Shown here: positions 35,955 to 47,351 of the stretch, piece after piece
How positions within the stretch are numbered: the stretch's first letter is position 1
Layout of the letters: every line of letters begins with the position of its first letter
Origin: Zygnema circumcarinatum SAG 698-1b
Taxonomy: Eukaryota; Plantae; Zygnematophyceae
DNA length: 64,000 bases
NCBI GenBank assembly: GCA_037447605.1
Contig: CM074814.1
Location: 310,001 to 374,000 of the forward strand
Reading direction: 5' to 3'
The notes under the pieces: generated by a model
Seen by the model: only the letters and a program-made list of their open reading frames with translations
Told to the model about the DNA's origin: nothing
Databases searched by the model: none
Made by a program: the position numbers and the translations under genes

Positions 35955-37852
35955 ATGGCGGCCATAGCCCAAAAGCTAATCCTTCCCATGTCACCATGGG
36001 CACCCTTCCGCCTATCTGGAGAACTCAGAGACGTAATCGTTCGCATCGGCAGCAAAGAGCTGCGCTTGCACCGCTTCCCCTTCTTCACGCGGAGCCCCAA
36101 ATTGAAGGAGAAGCTTCATCATCTTAAGGATGAGGCAGTGCTCGAGCTCGACGAGCTTCCCGGGGGGCTGCAGGCGTTCCATGCCATTGCAGACTACTGT
36201 TACGGAGTCTCGTCAGCCATTCCGAAGACCTCCGTGACTCACACTCTTTTGGGTGCATTGCATTTAGAGATGACCGACGATTTTTCTCCGGATAATTTGA
36301 TCAACGCTTGTGTTGGGTATTTGAAAGCGGAGGTTTATACGAATTGGAAAGCCTGCTTGGAGATTCTTAATGATGCGGTTGTGAGGAAATATGCGCACAC
36401 TCTTGGGAGCGACATCGTCTCCGCCTGCCAAACGACCATCTCAGGTGACTTTTTTATGAAACTCCAAAAGCAGGTCATATTATATTGTTATTGTTAAGTG
36501 ACAATGTACGAATTATGGATATTGTTAACGTTAACCGATTCCTTATACTGAAAGTAGAGCAGGCAATATAGACCTGCTCACTGATAGAACGGTACATTCT
36601 AATAAACTACTTTTTACTGCATGACGAACTAACTAGACTGATTAGCCTGACTGGTTAACTGCTTGACTTCTTGACTGGAACAGTTGGTGAGGGACTTGCA
36701 GTCTATGCAGAATCCATTGACCACCTTCCTGATCCTTTAGAACGAGTTTCGGAGACATGGAACTTCTTCAGACATGTCGCGGCATTGCCATTGGAACAAT
36801 TGAAGGCTCGTTTGACCGTTTTTGAGGAACACAATGTCACATTTATCGCAACAGGGAACTCCCTTGCTTCTGCAGGAAAGAAATGGATGTTTGAACCTTT
36901 GATACACGAGGATGATTCCACAATGGTTTCCGACGCAGGGTTGTCTCCGACCGAAGGAGCAATGAAGCTTCAAGTAATTCTCACATACCTTGTGAAAATG
37001 CTTGATTGGCCTCTAACTAACGTTAAATGTGAACCTTGTGAGTCAGCGCATGGAAGATCGGAGCAGATGAAACTTACCATTCCTCCCAGCCCTTCATATC
37101 TCGTCACATTGATGAGGCACAGCGAAGCCTTGGGCTCAAAATTGGCCTCTGATATTCAGCGCCGCATTGGAAAGGTTCTTCCTCAAGTCGGATTTGAGGA
37201 AGTGAAATCACTTCATCCAGAAAGCGTATGCACTATTTTCGCTCTCTATGCAAAGGAACTTCCAATCAATGGAACTGCTGCTTCTGGAAACTTAATAGCT
37301 GCTGGAAAGCTCGCGGATGCTTACATTCTTAAAGCTGCGGAGAACAAGACGTTGACTCTTGCGAATCTTCACGCTCTATGTGGAGTGCTGCCAAAGAATG
37401 CCCGAAAGAATTGCGACATTTTGTACAAAGCGATCGACATATTTTTGGTGAACAACACTGATGTGAGTGAAGATGATCGTGTGAAGCTCTGCGATCACCT
37501 CGCAGGAGAGAATCTTGAGAGTCTTAAGCTCTCGCAGGAGATGGTGAAGCATGCTCTGCTGGGAGGGAGGCTTCCTGCAAAACCGCGTTTTATCTCAGCC
37601 ATGTTGGCCTTCCATGAAAAGGCTCTCATGGCGGAGAAGAAGAAGGTAGAGGATCAGGCCAAGACGATCGAATCCCTGCATGGCTCAGTGAAGAGGATGC
37701 ATGAGGAATTGGAGATCACTCGGGCTTCGTTACAGATGGAGAAGAATACTACCAACTGTCTAATGGCGGAGGTGGAAAAACATTCTAAGAGGGTGAAGTT
37801 CAGCGTGTCAGCAGAGGAAGGGACGCCAAGGTCGGTTTTGCCGCAGCGTTAG
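35955..37852 (+). CDS. Divergent BTB-NPH3 (NRL-like) protein, type A, near-identical inverted duplicate; exons 35955-36444 and 36702-37852; about 546 aa
   Basis: Same exon lengths (490 and 1151 nt) as 21997-23894, with only scattered substitutions. Confidence 0.85.
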
Positions 37853-38278
37853 CGGAACACCTTTTCACGGACATCCCTTCATGCCTTTTTGAGGAGTCCT
37901 TTTGGAACGCGCTGATTTCCTTGAATCTGGTGAGGAAGCAATCAGATTTTTAGCTAGACTTCACAAAAATGAAATAACCGAAACTCTTTCGGAATCAGCT
38001 TCTTCAGCTTCGTCTTCTTCTACTCCGTCTATTTCTTTTGCTCAGTTTCGACATGGAACGAGGCCCACCTGTAGTTGCTCGAAAGACATCGTTCCCTATG
38101 TCAGTTTGATTCTCTTGTCAAGTTTTTGGAAGGCATGAAGTGGAGTTGTTCCTGATTCGGAGTTTACTTGAGGGTTCACCAAAATGGGCATTTGAAAGGT
38201 CTTTTAAAAAAGGCAGGCGCCTTTGTATATAAAAAGTGAAGTGAGAATCTTGATTTTGCCTCACCCCTCACTTCTGTG

Positions 38279-39420
38279 AGGGCGTTGGGGGCACACTGCA
38301 ACTGCTATGTGGACGGATATGGAAATGCGCACCACCATGCCCTTGTAGGGCCTTCTGAACCCCTTCTCATGAGGACTTTACAAAGAGACGACCATGAAAC
38401 AAACAAAAAAAAAAAAAAACAAAAACATGTTCAAAGGATTTTAGGGTTTGGCAAAACCTTGTGACAAAAGCTATCGGTTTTTGTATAGAAGGTGAAAGAG
38501 GGGCTAGTTTTGTTGTTGTTTTGTGTGGACTCATGGTCCCATGGAACAATGTTCAATGTGTTCGCCCCTCCGTTCGCACGTGTGCAGTACTCTCAGTTTG
38601 TAGGTTCCCATGTTGGTCAACATGTGCAAGTGGTGACTGGAATGGAACTGTGACTGAACACATAGAGCCCGTGACGTGACACTTCTCCAGAATGTCCAGA
38701 ATGTTCAATAATGTCCAAGGTGATTTTTTTTTTGAGTTTGAAATTTGAGCACGAAAGGCGCTAAGAAGGCAAAAGGGGAGACTGAAAGACAGGATGGGAA
38801 ATTAACCCCTTCTTTTTTTTCTTAAATTTTGCATTCAGAACTAGAGGAGTTTCTGCCGCCATGGCTGCTGCGAGCTGTGCACACACAGCCCCTCCCATGC
38901 ATCTCCACTTCTGCTTTCAACGGCGGTGAAGACCCAAAAGGCGATTGAAAGTAGAAGCTTAAAGCTCCTCTTTCGCTCTGTACATGTGCAGGTGCAGCTT
39001 TTTTTTAAACCCTAAAGACCTGCTGGCCATGGCAGAGGCTCGGGAAGGAGCTTTTCTTTGCTCTTCCGTGGCTGCAGAGGGAACGACAGCGAGTTAGGGA
39101 GAGAGAGAGAGAGGGAGAGGGAGGGGGAGGAGGGGGGCAAGGGGGAGAGGGAGAGAGAGGGGGACAGGGAGAAAGGAGGGAGGGATGGGGAGAGGACGAG
39201 GGAGAGGAAGCGGGAGAAGGGAGGGAGGGAGAGCGGGGGAGTAGGGGAAAGGAATGGGGAGGGAGAGTGCAGGCAGAGGGAGTGGCAGGGAAGTTGGACA
39301 TGGAGAGGGAGCGGGAGAGAGAGGAAGAGGGTGAGGAGAGGGAAAGGGGAGGTTTTGGAAGGGGAGAGGGGAAGCGGGAGTGGCGAGAGAGAGAGAGGAT
39401 GAGAGGGAGCCATGGCTCCC
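38279..39420 (+). repeat. Orphan third copy of the type-A BTB-NPH3 upstream/5'UTR region with no coding sequence after it
   Basis: Aligns directly with about 33745-34500 and inverted with about 24400-25180. The junction at 38279-38283 shares AGGGC microhomology with both donors. Confidence 0.75.
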
Positions 39421-40163
39421 ACTTTGTCTTGTTTAGTCAAATGACATTGTCAAGTTGATCCTCTAACAATCACGGTCTTTAAGCCCCCCCGATCTGCAGA
39501 GGAACGGCGTTTAGAGAATGGTAGAAACCCTTTATCCTTCCTTTTTCGTGTAAACAAAGCACAGACCTAAAAGAACTCGTATGAAAGTATTATCAATCGA
39601 ATAATTTGAACTCGAACCAACTTTGAAAAATCGCCGTGATAGCTTTGGAGGGCAAACTATTTCTATGCACAAAGCATTCATCGTGTGTTTAATTGATTTG
39701 ATCAAACTTAACGCTTGAAAAACCCAATTCGTTGTTCAGTGAGCACACTTGCAATAGCCTGATTAAGTCTATAAATAACACGTCAACATTTCGCAAACAC
39801 ATAGCATCGTCTCAACAAGAAGATCAAGGAGGTCCAAGGAGGTCAAGCAGACTTTCCATCATGAACAAAATCTATGTCTCAAAAATACAAGTAGCTCCGC
39901 AATCTATTTCCTCAAATCCTTCTGCCCTCGAATCTGTCCACCTCATAACCTGACTGCTTGCTGTCCATAGCCAACTCTTACCTTTCTTCCCCTCCACCGT
40001 GGGACAAACAAAGGGAAGCAACGCTGCAACTAAAGTCTCGTTCGCTACGAACATGCTCGACCACTCTTTAGACAATAAGGCTCAAAGTAAGGATGCCCTC
40101 TAAAGTACGATTTTCAGAGCATCAAGTAAAGGACTGCAAGGTTCAAGTGGCCTTACCATTCGG

Positions 40164-42559
40164 TTAAGCGAGTGCAGGATACACATGGGAAGGAATGACT
40201 GATTCTCGAACACGGAAGCCTGGCGTCACAGAGAACGCTACTTGCTGCACTGTTACAATTTCAGACGAGTCGATAGACGACACCAATTTCATTAAAGCAG
40301 GGTCAAATGCAGCTCCCCTTGCAACTCTGAAGATAGAGGCAGGTGGGTTGAAGCCCTGCGCCAGTTTGTGCATTGACCACACCGCTTTACAGAGGGCCAT
40401 AAGCTTGGAATTCCTTCTTCTTACATTGAAATAATCTTCAAGCGATTCTGAATCAGGATAAAGGGTTACTTTATCTTTCAGAAAGTAGAAAATGGCCCTA
40501 AATTTGTCATCCACGAAGCTATTGAAGCGCTCCTCTTTCTCTTCAATCGTCCACCGCTCTTTTTCCTTCAGCTCCTTAAAATGCTGAAAAGCGTCACGGC
40601 GTCGCTTCGTTGGGTCAAGCCAAACAGAAAATTCTAAGGGAGAAAAGCATTCGTTCTCAAAATTGGCAAACATTATGGATGCAATGTATGCCTCCAACGC
40701 GTCTTTTGCATGTGCGAGCCTGCAGAATTTCACTCCCCACTGAACCCTTTCAAAAGGAAAAACCCACAATCTTGTCCGATTTTTCGCAAGAACTTTTCTT
40801 TGTAGAAGTTCAGCACAGTAGCATGTAAGAGCTCTCGACACTTCAATATTCGCTTCCTGAAGATCATGAGGCTCTGCGAGGGAGCAATCGAAATAGCTCC
40901 TTCCCTGTCGCCACTTCTCCACCTCCATCCTCAAAGACTCGACCTCCTTCGCCTGCTCCTCTCTCTTCGTCTTCTCCAACATAAAGGCCTCCCTCTGAAA
41001 CCTAAACATCGCCATAAAGAACTTCCCCTCCGTCGGAAATCGCCCCTCCTCCAATGCATGCAATATCATCTTTTCAGAGAGCTTGAGAATCTCAGGATTT
41101 TCTCCCACGAGGTTGTCACAAATCCTCACACGATCTTCTTGGCTCACTTTAGGGTTCTTCTTCAAAAACATGTCAATAGCCTTATACAAATCATCGCAAC
41201 ATAGTCGTGCAAACTTGGGTAAAGTTTCACACATTATGTGAAGATCATCCAGAGTGAAGCTCTCAACCTCTTGTACGGCCCAAAGAATATAAGAATCTTG
41301 CAGCTTTGCAACTGCGATCAAGTCCTCGGAAGCTTCAGATTCATCAGCTTGAATCTCATTCGAATAGAGAGTGAAGAGAGTGCACACATCTCCCTGATCT
41401 AACGATTTCAGGTCCTCAAAATTGATTTTAGGAAGCTCGTTTGAGAGACGGCGGTACAGCTCTAATGTCAATTTCGAGTCCTGGACTTGCTGGCTGTACC
41501 TCAATAAAGTTACAAGGTATGAAGGATTAGGGTGAAGATTAGGTCCACAACCTTCCTTTGCCACACTTGTGGGCGTACTGAGCATCTTCACAAGGTAACC
41601 CAAAAGTGCTTGAAGCTGCTTTCTCCCCTCGGCCGGAGAAATTTGCAAGTCTGAGAACATTGTGAGATCAGGATCGTCTACCGCCGGTGCAAACATCCAT
41701 TCTTTTCCCGTGGACGAGAGAGAGTTTCCCGTTTTGATGAAAGTGACTTCATGTTCCTCAAACGTACTCAAAAGTGCCTCTAAAGCCTCAAACGGTAGCG
41801 CCACAACCTTGTTTAAGAGGTTCCATGTCTTCAAAACTCGCTCCATTGGATCGTCGAGCTTGTCGATGGATGCCGCATATTCTGCAATTCAGCCTCGCGA
41901 ACATTCGGGTGAGACACAAGTGAATAAGAAATGAGATTATCGGCATAAGTCTACGGATTATGATCGTTAAGGTCAATTAGTGCTTAGAGATGGAAGCATG
42001 AGAAAAGACAATTAGTGCAGGAGATGCATGATAGTAGGTCAAAATTTTAATCAAGACTGCCAAAAAAAAAACAAAACTCACCTGAAATCGTCTTATTGCA
42101 GGCGGAAACGATCTCCTTCCCGAGGGAGTGCTTGTATTCCCTCACCACAGAATCTCTGAGAAGCACAAGGCAGGCCTCCCAGCCACTGTACACTTCTGCC
42201 TGCAGAAATGCAGTACACACGCTCACCAAATTCATTGGGGGAGAATATTCGTCCGTCATCTCCAACTGCAGAGCAGCCAATAGAGTGTGAGCAGCTGTGG
42301 TCGCTGTGAAACTTGGGGTGATTCCGTAACAGTAATCGGCGACGGCATGGAACGCCTCCGAACCGCCCGGATGGTGCTCCAGCTGCAGCTCCGCCATGGC
42401 TACCGCATTCTGAAAATGAAGTTTTTCCTTCAATGTTTTGCTCTTTAAGAACAAGGGGAAGCGATGAAGCAGAAAGCATTGGCTTTCGACGAGAACGCGC
42501 ACGTCGTGAAGTTCTGCTGATTGGCGGAAATGGGTCCATGGCGATGCAGGAGAGGCCAT
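40164..42559 (-). CDS. In-frame fusion of BTB-NPH3 (type B) with the GIL1/IRKI-type (GrpE-like) C-terminal domain; exons 42559-42082 and 41881-40164; about 731 aa
   Basis: Exon 1 is the BTB domain. Exon 2 runs without a stop from the NPH3 block (KLQDSYI...LPKFAR..CDDLYKAIDMFL) through ...EVEKWRQG into RSYFDCSLAEPHDLQEAN...FDPALM...VTPGFRVRESVIPSHVYPALA. Confidence 0.85.
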
Positions 42560-44324
42560 GGATGGGCGAAGGGAACGAATTTACTTTGAAAGCTGCAAGC
42601 TGCAATGAGACAAAGTTATTAATAGGATTTTTTCTCTTTGACGTACTTGATTTTAAGTGTCTTAATATAATGCCTAATTTAGTACGCAAGCAGCCAAATG
42701 GAAGATAAAAGGTGGCGTAGGAGTCTGCCCCAGAGCCTACCAGAGCCTTTTAAATTAATCCTCAAACTAGAATTCCTTACAATATTAATATCTAGAAAAT
42801 GAGGCGGGAAGGATTATACAGCGGTCAAGGACAGTCGAATAAAAATAGGAAACGGAGAGGGAGAATGCTGCTGCGAATGCAAAAAAAAAGGCCACGGGCC
42901 AATTGGATTTATTCTTATTTCGGATCTTTTGGCTGCAACGCACACAGTGTTCCGGCAGAGGGAGCGAGATAGAGAGAGAGAGTGTGTGAGAGAGAGAGCG
43001 AGAGGGAAGGAGAGCGGCGGGGACACTCACGCAGATATTTAGGCAATGATGCTCCTTATTTCCACACCTCTGACCTCCTTCGCAAAAAAGTCCACTTCGG
43101 ACCTCTCTCCCCTCTTTCCTTCCTCTCTCACACTCCTCTCTCCCTCTGTCAAATTACACTTCAATTTTCTCAAAATCTCCAATAAACCGTTCCACCCTTC
43201 CTCCCGGTCCGTCCTTCCTTCTCGCGCCCTTGCAGGAGGGTAAGACTCGCAAGGCCAAAGAGAGCTCGCCGCCTCTTTGTGCCCAGGCTCTGCCGGCGAC
43301 CTCTCTCAGCGATAGTTTCCAAGGCATGCGATGGCCGTGATTGGCGGAGTCGATCCTGGGAGGAACTGGACGGCTGCGATTGCGCCTGCTGCGATCGGAC
43401 GGCTGCACGGCGCTTTCTGCGCCGTCGGCCCCCGAGGGAGGTGGAGGGTCCTGCGGTGTGTTGTGGCATGCAGGGCTGCTGACGTGGCGGCTTTTTGTTG
43501 CGGCTTGCTTCTAGGAACAACATTTAGGAGAGTGTCTACAACAACTTATTGGAGGGAATGAAGCGTTGTTGGGTCGAGGCGTAGCTCTCCGCTCCTAACG
43601 TTTTCTGTTGTGCTTGGATCCTTTGCGCCCAGTTCCTCGTGGTTCCCCATGATGCTGATGTTGTGAATGCACATTTGGTGGCATTATCGCCATCGTGAGA
43701 TCAATGCTACATCCTGTTGTTGTTGGTGTCGTTTCATGTCATGGCTTGTAAATTGCGTTTGTTGTTATCGGATGTGGATGAAACGATAGAATCGGAATCA
43801 AACTCACGATGGCGAGGGCATCAAATGGACATGGACAGAAAAACGACATGAACAACCAACTTTGCATTTCCATGCAAGCCATACTAATTCCTCGTGGTTT
43901 CCCATGATGATGTTGGCCATGCACATTTGATGGAGTCATCGCCATCGTGAGATCCATGCCCCATCCACTCCCTCTTGTTGCGCTCCATGTTGGGAAGTAA
44001 CTGCGGGGTGCGGGTCTATCGAGATTGGGCCTTCAGTTCCACTCACACGTGCGAAGCGACCGGCGGTCAATCAACGCGCGCGCCCCGCCTTTCGGTCCAT
44101 GCAGAAGCGTTCCAGGGCGAGGGAAGGAAGCCCTCGGACCGCCATGGCTGCACCTTCCAGCACTTTCCTCTGGAGGACCACCACCTCTTTTTAAGCAGCT
44201 AGCCGAATTTTTGGATTGCGTAAACGAAGCAATATTCTGATGAGACGTTGGCGGGAAATCATTGCAAGAAAAGTTTATTTCTTTCTTTAGTCCGTTTGGG
44301 TCATCAAGGACAGCAGCTATTCCC

Positions 44325-46112
44325 ATGGCAGCGACGAGCAGCAAGCAAAGCGTGGCGTGCAGAGGGCAGAATAACTCGAAAAAAGGTCTTTCATATAAAT
44401 GCGCGTTAACGAAGTGTCCACAAGATGCGCGAGTGCGAAAAAAAAATTGTGTCTCGTCATCTGATGCTCAAAGCCATGATGAGATCAGCACTGCGTTTTG
44501 TGAAATGCTGATGGGGAAGTCGTCCAATCTGATGATACTAGCTCAAGATTGGATGCAGGAATTTCAAACCGATCTGTATGAATTCTTTCCAAGTCGAGGA
44601 AGTTTTGACAGGCCGCGTTTGGATGGTGTTAATCCAAATCAATCTGATCAAGATGGGGGAGGTGGCGCCATGAGATTCTTGGCTTCTCTTCCTGGAGCGT
44701 TGATTCGAGGAATCAACGGTACAGGAGGCGGCATAAGGTGCAAGGGAAAGGACGAACAGGAAGCAGATCATGTATTTCCATTTCAGAATGAGCTGTTGGA
44801 AAGGAGTCGTCCTGACTCGCAAACGCAGTTTCAGGATCAGAGTCTGAAGGATACTCTGATTACAGCTATTGAAGAGTTTCGTTCAAGCCGAGACACGTGG
44901 GAGGAAAGGGGCCGGCTAGTTGAGACGGGTATGGAGGCGATCAAGGGGCTGCTGTCGAAATTTGAAAGGATGGAGCAGGCAGTGAGATTCGAGAAAGAGT
45001 CTGAGAACTCTGATCGCGCATGTTTGGAGAGGCAGCTGACGGACTTGAATGAAAAACTAGCGTTGATGAACGGGGAAAATATTCAATTGCAAAAGTTTGC
45101 CAAGGAGCAAGAAGAGCGAGATCGGTTATCGATAGAAAAGTATAAGAAAGAACGAGAAGATTTAGAAGGTCAGTACAAAAAGGTTCTCTCCAAAGAGCAA
45201 GAAATGGTGAGGACGTACGAAAAATCTGTCGGTCATCTTCAGGTGGAACTCGGGAATATCAGATTTGAGTTGAAAACCTCTCGAGAGGACGTAGTGAGAT
45301 TCAAAGCCGAGAAGGACCAAGCCCTCTCAAAACTATCCATGCTTGAACGTGACATTTCCTCTAAGGATACCAGTAGTGGTTCGTATGATAGCTCTCGCGC
45401 ACAGCCTCATGATCTTCAGGAAGCAAATAATGAAGTTTCGAGAGCTCTTACATGCTACTGTGCTGAACTTCGAGAAAAACTTACTCTGCTGGTGGCAAAT
45501 CAGAAAGAATTTTGGCAGCGTCTATCAACGCTTAAGCTGGGAGTGAAATTTTGCAGGCCTGCACATGCAAAATGCGCGTTGGAGGCACACATTGCATCCA
45601 TAATGTTCGCCAATTTTGAGAACGAATGCTTTTCTTCCTCAGGAGTTTCTGTTTGGCTTGACCCAACGAAGCGAAGCAGTGATGCTTTTCAGCATTTTAA
45701 GGAGCTGAAGGAAAAAGAGCGATGGATGATTGAAGAGAAAGTGGAGCACTTCAATAGCTTCGTGAATGACAGATTGTGGGCCATTTTCTGCTTCCTGAGT
45801 GGTCTGGGAGCCAATTGGCATGATCTAGCATGGGTTGAAGATTATTTCAATGTAAGAAGATGCAATTCCAAGCTTATGGCCTTGTTTAAAGCGCTGTGGT
45901 CAATGCACAAGCTGGCGCAGAGCTTCGACCCTCCCGCCTCCATCTTTAGAGTTCCAAAGGGAGTTGCATTTGACCCTGCTTTAATGCAATTGGTGTCGTC
46001 TATTGACTCGTCTGAAATTGGAGCAGTGCAGCAAGTAGCGTTCTGTGTATCTCCAGGCTTCCGTGTTCGAAATTCAGTCATTCCTTCCCATGTGTATCCT
46101 GCACTCGCTTAA
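44325..46112 (+). CDS. Coiled-coil + GIL1/IRKI-type (GrpE-like) C-terminal protein, copy 3, about 595 aa (inverted paralogue of copy 2)
   Basis: The ATG at 44325 is equivalent to the copy 2 start. Intact ORF with an extra N-terminal insert of about 40 aa. Confidence 0.82.
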   Translation: MAATSSKQSVACRGQNNSKKGLSYKCALTKCPQDARVRKKNCVSSSDAQSHDEISTAFCEMLMGKSSNLMILAQDWMQEFQTDLYEFFPSRGSFDRPRLDGVNPNQSDQDGGGGAMRFLASLPGALIRGINGTGGGIRCKGKDEQEADHVFPFQNELLERSRPDSQTQFQDQSLKDTLITAIEEFRSSRDTWEERGRLVETGMEAIKGLLSKFERMEQAVRFEKESENSDRACLERQLTDLNEKLALMNGENIQLQKFAKEQEERDRLSIEKYKKEREDLEGQYKKVLSKEQEMVRTYEKSVGHLQVELGNIRFELKTSREDVVRFKAEKDQALSKLSMLERDISSKDTSSGSYDSSRAQPHDLQEANNEVSRALTCYCAELREKLTLLVANQKEFWQRLSTLKLGVKFCRPAHAKCALEAHIASIMFANFENECFSSSGVSVWLDPTKRSSDAFQHFKELKEKERWMIEEKVEHFNSFVNDRLWAIFCFLSGLGANWHDLAWVEDYFNVRRCNSKLMALFKALWSMHKLAQSFDPPASIFRVPKGVAFDPALMQLVSSIDSSEIGAVQQVAFCVSPGFRVRNSVIPSHVYPALA

Positions 46113-47351
46113 CCGAATGGTGAGGCCACTTGAACCTTGCAGTCCTTTACTTGATGCTCTGAAAATCATACTTTAGAGGGCATCCTTACTTTGAGCCTTA
46201 CTGTCGAAAGAGTGGTCGAGCATGTTCGTAGCGAACGAGGCTTTAGTTGCAGCGTTGCTTGTCTTTGTTTTTCCCACGGCGGAGAGGAAGAAGGGTAGGA
46301 GCAGGCTATGCACATCAAGCAGTCAGGTTATGAGGTGGACAAATTGAGGGCAGAAGGGTTTCGGAAAATAGATTGCGGAGCTACTTGTGTTTTTGAGACA
46401 TAGATTTCGTTCACTATGGAAATTCTGTCTCCTGGACCTGTTGGATCTGCTTGTTGAGACGATGCTATGTGTTTGCGGAATGTTGACGGTTTTATGTAAA
46501 GACTAAATGAGGGAATTGCAAGTGTGCTCACTGAGCAAGATGTTAGGTTTTGCGATGTCAAGTTCTTGAGCCACTTGGCACGCCGTGATTCGTTTCAATC
46601 TAGCCGTTGGTGACACGCTGGACGCCACGTGGAGCGTCTTTGACGCCGTTGGCAGGCGGCCGGAGAGGGAGGGAAGGGGAGGGGAGGGGAGGGGGGGGGG
46701 GCTGCACTGGAGGTTGTTTGGGCGAAATTAGGCAAATGAAAGCTGCTTTATCTTTGGTGGGTTGTCTCTAAAAGGAAGGAAGAAAGGACCGGGAGGGAAA
46801 GAGAGGGAGGGTCTAGCGGGTTTTGCGAGGAATCAAGCACGGGTGAAACGTCACCCTCGTCACAAGGACAACATCTTTAGAGGGCAAATGAGTGGAAAAC
46901 ATTTTTCATCGAGGACCAATTCAGAGTTTGGCTCGTTATGGCTCCAATGCCTAAGAAACAATGATGACAAGAAACTGAAAATTCTAGATTGTGCCAAGGA
47001 AGCATTCCGCCCACTGACCCATGACCATATTCCCAAACCACGCAGATGTAAGACATGTACGAATGCCTCTTTGTCCAGCCACAGACCGAACTTCATTGCT
47101 TGTTCCAACACCTAAACTAAAGCAAAAGGATCGTCAATTTTCATTCACGTTCTGCCACCTAAGCACCATCTATTACTGCAGCAGCTATTTCCTAATTCCA
47201 TGGCTAGGACCCAACTTGGCACTGTACCTCCCTACCCTCCTTGGGACCGCAAAAATATGTACATCGTGAGATTGCTAAGGTCTCTCCCATCCATCACAAC
47301 ACCCTTTGTACAGATCTGCTTTTAGGACCTCCTTATCTCAGTGAAGCGTGG

